Source: Acidobacteriota bacterium
Lineage (GTDB): Bacteria > Acidobacteriota > UBA6911 > RPQK01 > JAJDTT01
NCBI GenBank assembly: GCA_965217775.1
Contig: CBDCJH010000002.1
Location: 2,688,001 to 2,752,000, forward strand
Direction of reading: 5' to 3'
Length of the DNA: 64,000 nucleotides
In this document: piece after piece, positions 50,188-58,023 of the stretch
How the letters are laid out: each line of letters starts with the position of its first letter
How positions within the stretch are numbered: the stretch's first letter is position 1
Program-made: the position numbers and the translations under genes
The notes under the pieces: model-generated
Database searches by the model: none
The model's input: the letters and a program-made list of their open reading frames with translations, nothing else
Told to the model about the DNA's origin: nothing

Positions 50188-51230
50188 TATCCACTATTGA
50201 CCACTTGGTTCCGATCCTCACCCTGCAGCGGCAACTCCACCCAGGCGCCGGAGCGGGCGTGGGAGAGGTGGAAGCCGGCGATGGCTTCCAGGGTCTCGAC
50301 CGCTTCGACGGCCGGATAGGGGAAGGGGGCGGTCCTTTCCAACCAGTCGACGATCTCCACGACCGCCACGTCCATGGAGGTGGCTTGGGCCCGGGGACTG
50401 GGCCATTCCTCGTTCAAGCCGTCCCAGTACTCGATCCTCACCTCCTCGCCTCCGGTGGTGGCCCGGCCCTCGGTGCCGTTGAAGCCGATGACCATGGGGA
50501 CCCGGGCGTAGTCGGCGGCGTCCACCGTGGTCATGAGGCCTCCTTGGAGCCGCATCACGCCCCATCCTCCCGGGTCCTGAAACGCGGGTCCGCGGCAATC
50601 GGGTTTGCCGGCCAGATCCAGGGTGCCCGAGACCGCTTCCACCCGGCGGCCGGTGATGAGGCGGATGGCGTCCAAGACGTGGGTCCCCACGTTTCCCAGG
50701 CGTCCGGTGCTCCACTGGGCCGTCACCGAAGTCAGCTCGCCCAGTCCTCCGGCGGCGATATGGTCCCGCAGCCTCCGGTAGTTGGGGTTGAAACGGCGGT
50801 TGTGGTTGATGGCCAGCAACGACCCGGCTTCGTCGCAGGCGTCCACCATGTCGTGGCCGTCGGCCACGGTGTTGGCGATGGGTTTCTCGCAGAAGATGGC
50901 CCGGACCCCCTGCCGGGCAGAGGCCACCGTCATCTCCTTGTGGACCGGAGTATAGGTGGCCACGCTCACGATGTCGGCATTTTCCTTCTCCAGCATCTCA
51001 CGCCAGTCCGCATAGGTCCCGATCCCGGTCCGTTCGGTGAACCGTTCCCGCCGGCCCAGGTCCCGGCTGCTACCGGCCACCACCTCGACCCGGGGATGGT
51101 TGGCCAAGGCGTCGATGTGGGTCCCGTCCAGGTCCACCACCAACTGGCCCAACGCGTCTCCGGAAACCTGGTCCGCGCCGCCGATGTAGCCCAGACCCAT
51201 GATCACTGCCCGATGCGATTGATTCGTCAT
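50187..51230 (-). CDS. Gfo/Idh/MocA family oxidoreductase
   Basis: GLGYIG, DIVSVAT, IFCEKP, NHNRRF, GTH.LD. Confidence 0.88.
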   Translation of the reverse strand: MTNQSHRAVIMGLGYIGGADQVSGDALGQLVVDLDGTHIDALANHPRVEVVAGSSRDLGRRERFTERTGIGTYADWREMLEKENADIVSVATYTPVHKEMTVASARQGVRAIFCEKPIANTVADGHDMVDACDEAGSLLAINHNRRFNPNYRRLRDHIAAGGLGELTSVTAQWSTGRLGNVGTHVLDAIRLITGRRVEAVSGTLDLAGKPDCRGPAFQDPGGWGVMRLQGGLMTTVDAADYARVPMVIGFNGTEGRATTGGEEVRIEYWDGLNEEWPSPRAQATSMDVAVVEIVDWLERTAPFPYPAVEAVETLEAIAGFHLSHARSGAWVELPLQGEDRNQVVNSG

Positions 51231-51461
51231 TCGTTTCACTCCCAAATGTTTTTCTGTCAGATGTCCAAACCGGCCTCAAGATACCGCAAAACGAGGAGGG
51301 AGGAGCGGGTGGCTGGTTCTCACTTTTCTCGCCTCTGGTTATGATGGACCGTTCCATCGACAACAATTCGTCGATCGATCTGGAAACACTTGTGGAATGC
51401 CGGTGGGTTCCCTGTCGATCGCCTGTGGATTCCTTGTGGATCCACGACTGGAGGGATTTCC

Positions 51462-53342
51462 ATGACGGCACAACGAATCTGGTTGCCGGTGGCTGCGGCC
51501 GCCGTCGCCATCGGATTGACTCTCACCTCCCACGCTCGGCCTCCCGAAGGCCCGATTCAGGTCCGGATCTGGAAAAACGTCATGGTGCCGATGCGCGACG
51601 GCGTCCGCCTGGCCACCGACGTCTACCTGCCCAATGGCGAGACCACGCCTCCCGGTCCCTTCCCCACCATCCTCATTCGGCACCCCTACGGGAAGAGCAG
51701 ATCGGGCGCGATCGGCGAGTTCTTCACCACCCACGGCTACGCGGTGGCGATCCAGGACGCGCGGGGCCGGTACGACTCGGAGGGGGAATTCTACATCTAC
51801 GTCAACGAGGGCGAGGACGGATACGACGCCGTGGAATGGATCGCCGCCCAACCCTGGTCCAGCGGCGACGTGGGGACCTACGGTGGATCCTATGGCGCCG
51901 CCTGCCAGAACGCTCTGGCGGCCCTCAGACCGCCTCACCTGAGGACCATGTTCGCCTACGTGGGCACCTCCAACTACATCGAGGACGGAGCGGGCCGAGG
52001 GGGCGCATTCGCCTTGCTGCACAACATGGCCTACGGGTTCCGCCTGGCGCAGTTGGGAAAGGAGGCCGAGTCCGGCGACCCCGACCAGGAGGAGGAATCT
52101 CCCACCCGCCTGGCCCTGAACCGGGCCAACGAGCAACTGGCGAGCTGGCTCATGGCGGCTCCCCTAAAGTCCACCTCCCCGTTGTCGTGGACGCCCTCCT
52201 ATGCGAAGTGGTACGCCGACTGGCGGGCGCATCCCACTTACGACGCCTATTGGAAACAGAACGGCTACAACTTCGAGGAGCGCTACTCCCAATACCCCGA
52301 CATCCCCATCTGCTACATCGGCGGCTGGTACGACATCTTCAAGCGGGGAACCTTGAGGAACTTCCAAGGCCTGACCGGGCGCCAGGGTTACGTCCATCTC
52401 CTGGTGGGACCCTGGACCCACTCAACCGGACGGACCTACGCCGGGGACGTGGACTTCGGTCCGGAGGTGAAGATGACGCTCAAGAAGAAGGCGGTGAAGT
52501 GGTTCGACCAGTTCCTCAAGGGAAAGGACCTGGGACTGGACACGCAACCTCCGGTCCGGTACTTCGTCATGGGCGCCGAATCGGCGAAGCGCAACGAGAA
52601 GGGAAGGCTCCAGAGCGGCGGCGCCTGGAAGAGCTCCGACACGTGGCCGCCTGCAGGGTCACGGCAACTGCGCCTGTACCTGCACGGCGACGGCACTCTT
52701 CGCCGCGAGCCGCCTCGGGAAGCGGGTACGAGCGGGTTCGAATGCGACCCCAGGAAACCGGTGCCCACCATCGGGGGCAACATCGATTCCGGCAAGCAAC
52801 TGGTGCGACGGGGCGCCCATAACCAGGTCCCGGTGGAGGGAGAATTCGCGGCCACCGACCTGCTGCCTCTCTCTTCCCGCTCGGACGTGCTCTCCTTTCA
52901 GACGCCGCCCCTGGAAGAGGAACTGGAGATCGCCGGTCCCATGCGGGTGGAGCTCTGGGTCTCCTCCACGGCCAAGGACACCGACTTCACGGCCAAGCTC
53001 ATGGACGTCTATCCCCCCTCGTCCGACTATCCGGAGGGGTACGCCATGAACCTGGAGGACGGAATCCTCCGCATGCGCTTCCGCGAATCCCGGGAACGGG
53101 AGGAGCTGATGGAGCCGGGCACCGTCTACCGGGTGGAGATCGACCTCTGGGACACGGCGAACCGGTTCCGCAAGGGGCACCGGGTCCGCCTGGACATCTC
53201 CAGCAGCAACTTCCCCTTTTATGACGTCAATCCCAACACAGGAGAGTTCCTGGGGCGCCACACCCACATGAAGAGCGCCGTGAACACGGTCTACCATGCG
53301 CCCGATGGAGCCTCGGCGCTGGTCCTGACCGTGCCGGAATAG
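51462..53342 (+). CDS. CocE/NonD family hydrolase (secreted)
   Basis: VPMRDGVRLATDVYLP, QDARGR..SEG, DGYDAVEW, GGSYG nucleophile, GGWYD, GPWTH, DTDF.AKL.DV, SSSNFP. Confidence 0.92.
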   Translation: MTAQRIWLPVAAAAVAIGLTLTSHARPPEGPIQVRIWKNVMVPMRDGVRLATDVYLPNGETTPPGPFPTILIRHPYGKSRSGAIGEFFTTHGYAVAIQDARGRYDSEGEFYIYVNEGEDGYDAVEWIAAQPWSSGDVGTYGGSYGAACQNALAALRPPHLRTMFAYVGTSNYIEDGAGRGGAFALLHNMAYGFRLAQLGKEAESGDPDQEEESPTRLALNRANEQLASWLMAAPLKSTSPLSWTPSYAKWYADWRAHPTYDAYWKQNGYNFEERYSQYPDIPICYIGGWYDIFKRGTLRNFQGLTGRQGYVHLLVGPWTHSTGRTYAGDVDFGPEVKMTLKKKAVKWFDQFLKGKDLGLDTQPPVRYFVMGAESAKRNEKGRLQSGGAWKSSDTWPPAGSRQLRLYLHGDGTLRREPPREAGTSGFECDPRKPVPTIGGNIDSGKQLVRRGAHNQVPVEGEFAATDLLPLSSRSDVLSFQTPPLEEELEIAGPMRVELWVSSTAKDTDFTAKLMDVYPPSSDYPEGYAMNLEDGILRMRFRESREREELMEPGTVYRVEIDLWDTANRFRKGHRVRLDISSSNFPFYDVNPNTGEFLGRHTHMKSAVNTVYHAPDGASALVLTVPE

Positions 53343-53461
53343 CCGCACAGCCCCCCGGCAAGCGGCCCGGCGCAGACCCGAAGTGCTACAATCTGCGGGC
53401 CGGCGAAACCGGGATCACGCCGGCCACGGCAGATTCCACGAAGTTGCGGAGAACACGATCC

Positions 53462-53860
53462 ATGCGAAAATTCACGACTCGACTCGTCCTGAGCCTGTTC
53501 GGTAGCTGTCTGCTCCTGTTGGCCGCCGGCGCCCACGATTGGGAGGCGCCCGAAGAGGCCAAGAAGATGAAGAACCCCCACGCGGCCACCGACGAAGCCA
53601 TGACCCTGGCCAGGACGCAATACGACGAGAACTGCAAGTTCTGCCACGGTGATACCGGCGGTGCTGATGGTCCGGTGGCGGCCATGCTCAAGGAAAAGCC
53701 CCCTCCGTTCAACGAAGCCGAAGCCATGGCGAAGGTCGCCGACGGTGAACTCTTCTGGAAGATCACCAACGGCAAGGACCCCATGCCCGGCTACCAGAAG
53801 AAGCTCTCCGACGAGGAGCGGTGGCAACTGGTGAACTTCATCCGAACCTTCGCCAAGTGA
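53462..53860 (+). CDS. Monoheme cytochrome c
   Basis: Signal peptide; CKFCHG; DGELFWKI..G..PMP; W.LV.FIR. Confidence 0.9.
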   Translation: MRKFTTRLVLSLFGSCLLLLAAGAHDWEAPEEAKKMKNPHAATDEAMTLARTQYDENCKFCHGDTGGADGPVAAMLKEKPPPFNEAEAMAKVADGELFWKITNGKDPMPGYQKKLSDEERWQLVNFIRTFAK

Positions 53861-53874
53861 TCCGCTCTTCCGGC

Positions 53875-55758
53875 ATGAAGGGCCCCATCGACCGCCGTCA
53901 CTTTCTGAAGACGAGTTCCGCGTTGGCCGCCGTCTGGAGCGCTTGCGCCCCAGGCCGGCAAGTTGCGGACCCGGCCGCCCGGGAGTGGCAATCCTACGGT
54001 GGAGACGCAGGAGCGAGCCGCTACTCGCCCCTGGACCAGATCAACCGGGCCAACGTCTCCGAGCTGAAGGTGGCCTGGACCCACCGGACCGGGGATGCCC
54101 TCCAGCGACCGTCCACCACCATCGAGTGCACGCCCATCGTGGTGGACGGCCGCATGTACGTCTCCACGGCCACACTTCAGGTGCACGCGCTGGATGCGGC
54201 CACCGGTCGGAAGCTCTGGAGCTTCGATCCCCACGGCGGGAAGCCGCTGCGGGGGTCCCCCGGGGTCAACCGCGCAGTCACCTACTGGCAGAACCCCGCC
54301 CAGCCTGACGACCGCCGGATCTTCCTGCCGGTCAAGGACATGCTCTTCTCCATCGACGCGGGGACCGGGAAGCTGACGCCCGGATTCGGCCAGGACGGGG
54401 TCATCGACCTGAAACAGGACTTCGACCACGACATGACCGGACTCTCCTTCACCCTGACCAGTCCGGTGGTGGCCTACCAGGACCTGATCATCGTGGGAGG
54501 AGGCGGCGCGGAGGGACCCTACCCGGAGGCGCCGGGCCACATCCGGGGCTACGACGCCGCCACCGGAAAGCGGCGCTGGATCTTCCACACCACGCCTCGC
54601 CCTGGCCAGTTCGGAAACGACACCTGGGAAGGAGACTCGTGGAGGACCACGGGCGGGACCAACAATTGGGGCGGCATGAGCCTGGACCCGGAACGGGGCT
54701 GGGTCTTTGCCTCCATCGGCTCCCCTGCATTCGACTTCTACGGGGGCAATCGCAAGGGGGCCAACCTCTTCGGCAACTGCGTCCTGGCGCTGGACGCCTC
54801 CACCGGGGAACGGCAGTGGCACTTCCAGACCGTCCACCACGACGTCTGGGACTACGACCTTCCGTGCCAGCCGGCCCTCATCAACATGACCCAGGGCGGA
54901 CGGAACTTCGAGGCGGTGGTCCAGCCCACCAAGATGGGGATGATCTTCTTCTTCGATCGGGAGACGGGCAAACCGGTCTTCCCCGTGGAGGAACGGCCCA
55001 TGCCCGCCTCGGACGTTCCGGGCGAGGAGCTCTGGCCGACCCAACCCTTTCCCGTGAAGCCCCCTCCCCTGTGCCGGCAGGGGTTCATGCCGGACCAGAT
55101 CACCGACATCACTCCCGACGCCCACGCCTTCGTCAAGGAGATCTACGACCGCTCCCGTGTCGGGGCACTCTACACTCCGCCCAGCCTCCAGGGGACCATC
55201 ATCCACCCGGGCTTCCGCGGTGGAGCTCTCTGGGGCGGATGCAGCCACGACCCGGTGGCCAACCGGCTCTTCGTGAACACCAGCGAATGGACCAACCGGA
55301 TCACGCTGGCTCCCGCCCGGGAGGACCAACCTTTCGACTACGCCCTTCCCGAACGGGCCCTGTTGCAGGACCCGGAGAAATACCCGGCCATCAAGCCCCC
55401 GTGGGGCTACCTGACGGCCATCGATCTGGACTCGGGGGACTTCGTCTGGCGAGTGGTGGCGGGAGGGATTCCGGAGTTGGAGGCTCGCGGAATCACCGGG
55501 ACGGGGAGCCCCATGCACGGCGGAACCATCGCCACGGCCGGAGGCCTGATCTTCGTGGGAGGAAGTTTCGACAAGAAGTTCCGCGCCTACGACTCCAGCA
55601 ACGGCCAGGTGGTCTGGGAGCATCAGTTGAACGCCGGCGGCTTTGCGACCCCGTCCACTTACGAGGCGGAGGGCCGGCAATATGTGGTCATTGCCGCCGG
55701 GGGCGGCCAGGCCGCTTCCAATTCGGGCGATGAATTCGTGGCCTTCGCGCTGGCGTAA
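53875..55758 (+). CDS. PQQ-dependent dehydrogenase (glucose/quinate/shikimate family), Tat lipoprotein
   Basis: RRHFLK..SAC; W.SYGGD....RYSPLDQIN..NV, TPIVVDG, W.GMS.D, WHFQTVHHD.WDYD, PPWG, TAGGL.F. Confidence 0.9.
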   Translation: MKGPIDRRHFLKTSSALAAVWSACAPGRQVADPAAREWQSYGGDAGASRYSPLDQINRANVSELKVAWTHRTGDALQRPSTTIECTPIVVDGRMYVSTATLQVHALDAATGRKLWSFDPHGGKPLRGSPGVNRAVTYWQNPAQPDDRRIFLPVKDMLFSIDAGTGKLTPGFGQDGVIDLKQDFDHDMTGLSFTLTSPVVAYQDLIIVGGGGAEGPYPEAPGHIRGYDAATGKRRWIFHTTPRPGQFGNDTWEGDSWRTTGGTNNWGGMSLDPERGWVFASIGSPAFDFYGGNRKGANLFGNCVLALDASTGERQWHFQTVHHDVWDYDLPCQPALINMTQGGRNFEAVVQPTKMGMIFFFDRETGKPVFPVEERPMPASDVPGEELWPTQPFPVKPPPLCRQGFMPDQITDITPDAHAFVKEIYDRSRVGALYTPPSLQGTIIHPGFRGGALWGGCSHDPVANRLFVNTSEWTNRITLAPAREDQPFDYALPERALLQDPEKYPAIKPPWGYLTAIDLDSGDFVWRVVAGGIPELEARGITGTGSPMHGGTIATAGGLIFVGGSFDKKFRAYDSSNGQVVWEHQLNAGGFATPSTYEAEGRQYVVIAAGGGQAASNSGDEFVAFALA

Positions 55759-56269
55759 GCCGGGTTCCCGGGGCCGGCGCCTCGGAGCCGCCGGCCTGAT
55801 TCTGTTCCTTGGTGTCCTGACCGGGGCGGCGCGCACGGAAGACAAGGCGCCGGAGCCTCAGCCCATCCCCTTCAGCCACAAGGTCCATGTGGCCTCCGGG
55901 TTGCGGTGCGCCTTCTGCCATCCCATCGAGGAACCGGGCTTCACGGCGGGACTGCCCGCCGAGTCCAAGTGCATGGTCTGCCACACCGCCGTCAAGAGCG
56001 ACAGTCCGGACATCCTGAAGCTGGCGAAAGCCGCCAAGTCGGGCGAGACGATCCCCTGGGTGCGAATCTACCGGGTTCCGGACTACGTCTGGTTCTCCCA
56101 TGCGCTGCACGCCGTGGACGCCAAGATCGAATGCGCCGCCTGCCACGGGCCCGTCGCCACGCGGGAGGTGTTGGTTCAGGAGAAGCCGACCTCCATGGAC
56201 TTCTGCATGGAGTGCCACGCGGCCCACAAGGCCTCCAACGGCTGCGACGTGTGCCATGTTCGGCAGTAG
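55730..56269 (+). CDS. Pentaheme cytochrome c3-family protein (ActA-like)
   Basis: QPIPFSHK.H, five CxxCH motifs, IPWVRIY..PDYV.FSH..H; start uncertain. Confidence 0.85.
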   Translation: MNSWPSRWRKPGSRGRRLGAAGLILFLGVLTGAARTEDKAPEPQPIPFSHKVHVASGLRCAFCHPIEEPGFTAGLPAESKCMVCHTAVKSDSPDILKLAKAAKSGETIPWVRIYRVPDYVWFSHALHAVDAKIECAACHGPVATREVLVQEKPTSMDFCMECHAAHKASNGCDVCHVRQ

Positions 56270-56504
56270 TTGGGAGTATCCATGTTGCAAGTGGTGGGTG
56301 CTAATCGGTGTTTCCATCCCGTGTCGTTAGTGCGTGATCTGTCCGGTCCAAGAGGCACAGGGTTAGGAGGAGCGTTCTTCCGCCGGAGGTGAGGCGGAGA
56401 TCGAACTGGATCCGCCGGGCGCCGTGCAGGGGGCGATGAGTGGACCGATCAACTGGATCGAGGGGCCTGAGATCGTCGACGTCAGTCCTCCGGGAGGTCC
56501 GGAT

Positions 56505-56587
56505 ACGCCCTGGGGAGCGTCGGGTCAAGCCTCCGGCTCCTCCGCTTCGCTGCGCCCCTTCGGGTGACCCGACGCTCCCCAGGGCGT
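56505..56587. other. Perfect 23-bp-stem hairpin in the long downstream non-coding end of the IS110
   Basis: ACGCCCTGGGGAGCGTCGGGTCA (56505-56527) and its exact reverse complement (56565-56587). Confidence 0.75.
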
Positions 56588-56699
56588 GAAGAGCTTTCAT
56601 GGCCGTAAGCAAGCTTCCGGCCAGACCTGACCGGAAGTTCGACAGACGGCCATCAGGGGGTCCACACGCTCCCTTTCCTCACGGGGTCTCTCCGTGGCC

Positions 56700-57647
56700 T
56701 CAGAAGGTCGCTCGGGGCGCTACGGGCAACCAGGTGCGGTCCTGCCGGACGAGGGTGTTGGCCAGGACGATGAGCTTGCGCATGACGGCGACGAGGGCCA
56801 CCTTGCCGGGCTTGCCGCGCTCTCTCAGCCTCCGGTACACCTCGGCCAAGTCGGGGTTCCAGCGCAGGGCGGACACCGCCGGCATGTACAGGAGCCGTCG
56901 CGCCCGCGCCCGTCCGCCGCGGATGAACGCCCGGCCCTGCCAAGCCCCCGACTCGCGCGGAACGGCGGCCAACCCGGCCAGACTGGCGGCGGCCTTGCCG
57001 CTGAGGGCACCCAGCTCGGGCATCTCGGCCAGCAGACCGGCGGCGGTGGTGGCCGCGATCCCCGGGATGGAGGTGAGGATCTCCAACTTGCGGGCCCGCG
57101 CCTCGTCAGCCGCGATCAGCGTCTGCATTTTGCGGTCGATGGTGCGCACGTGACGCTCGAACATGTTGATCTGGGTCTGGTGCTGCTGTTTCAACACGGG
57201 TTCGCGGAGCTGTTGGCGGCGGTTGAGCGTGGCCGTGCGCTGGCGCATCAGCCCGTCCCGGACCATCTGCAGTTCCTGGAGCCGGCGTTGCGTTTTCGAC
57301 GGCGCCGGGGTCCGGCGCGGATCCAGGCTGGCGGCCAACTGGGCCAGTTTCCGAGCGTCTACGGCGTCGGTCTTGGCACGGCTCCCGGTCGCCTCGGCGA
57401 AGCGCCGCGCCTGCCAGGGGTTCACCTTCGCCAGCGGCAGCTTCGCTTTGGACAGCGCTTCCTCGAGGTCCCGGTGGTAGGGGCCGGTGGCCTCGTAGAC
57501 GACGCACTCGACCGGAGTTCCGATCCAATCGATCAGCGCCCGGAAGCCGGCCGGGTCATTGTCGAACTGGGCGGAATGGCCGTCGGCCAGCCGGTGCGCG
57601 TCCAGGTGCGCTTTCGAGATGTCGATGCCTACGGTATGCTGTTTCAT
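56700..57647 (-). CDS. IS110 family recombinase/transposase (DEDD RuvC-like plus Tnp20)
   Basis: GIDISK, VYEATG, KVNP..ARRFA, AKTDAVDA, SIPGI, GLA...RESG (catalytic Ser), GGR...R..LYM.A, A.MRKL. Confidence 0.96.
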   Translation of the reverse strand: MKQHTVGIDISKAHLDAHRLADGHSAQFDNDPAGFRALIDWIGTPVECVVYEATGPYHRDLEEALSKAKLPLAKVNPWQARRFAEATGSRAKTDAVDARKLAQLAASLDPRRTPAPSKTQRRLQELQMVRDGLMRQRTATLNRRQQLREPVLKQQHQTQINMFERHVRTIDRKMQTLIAADEARARKLEILTSIPGIAATTAAGLLAEMPELGALSGKAAASLAGLAAVPRESGAWQGRAFIRGGRARARRLLYMPAVSALRWNPDLAEVYRRLRERGKPGKVALVAVMRKLIVLANTLVRQDRTWLPVAPRATF

Positions 57648-57654
57648 CTTTCCT

Positions 57655-57811
57655 GTCTCCTGTGCTTGTCATTCGGGCCATGATGCCCTTGTATCCATTC
57701 AGGACATCGGGAAAGACGGTGGCCGACCTCACTCCACATCCGGATCTGACGGTCAGCGGCGACACGGTCCAGCCACCGCCGTCCGGGTCGCTCATGAGCG
57801 ACCCGGACGGC
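57655..57811 (-). ncRNA. Predicted IS110 bridge RNA (5' stem-loop, target-binding loop, donor-binding loop)
   Basis: 34-bp palindrome 57778-57811; LTG GTCGCCGCT (57755-57763); RTG GGAG (57732-57735); LDG ATGGATAC (57691-57698); RDG GACAAG (57665-57670); each matches the observed target or donor junction. Confidence 0.82.
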
Positions 57812-57829
57812 CCTATTTAAACAGACAAG

Positions 57830-57978
57830 CGGCGACTTTCTTGTCGCCGAACAGGGGGGCAGGGGGGACGGAGTCCCCACTCTACACATTCCGGCCACGG
57901 AATTGCATAGCAGTAAAAGAAGAGCAGGCGACAAGAAAGTCGCCTGTCCCAATGGGCGGCAAGAAAACCGCCCGTCCC
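57830..57978. repeat. REP/REPIN-like cluster (first REP split by the IS110)
   Basis: CGGCGACTTTCTTGTCGCCGA ... CAGGCGACAAGAAAGTCGCCTG, GGGCGGCAAGAAAACCGCCC. Confidence 0.8.
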
Positions 57979-58023
57979 AAGGTCACTGACAACACCTCTC
58001 TCAGGTGGCATCATATGGTCCTC

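Larger units (their letters stand above)
56275..57829 (-). mobile_element. IS110-family insertion sequence inserted in a REP at a CT core
   Basis: AG core duplicated at 56275-56276 and 57828-57829; flanks rejoin to GGG-AG-CGGCGACTTTCTTGTCGCCGA; no TIRs. Confidence 0.9.

Noticed and set aside
51388-51445. Three TGTGGA motifs resembling DnaA boxes
   Set aside because: Poor match to TGTGGATAA, no AT-rich unwinding element or origin-linked genes; may be an operator in a divergent promoter but unsupported.
57559-58023. N-terminal 150-aa extension of the second PQQ dehydrogenase in the ORF track
   Set aside because: Runs through the IS110 end, bridge RNA and REP cluster; the lipoprotein signal starts near 58015-58024.
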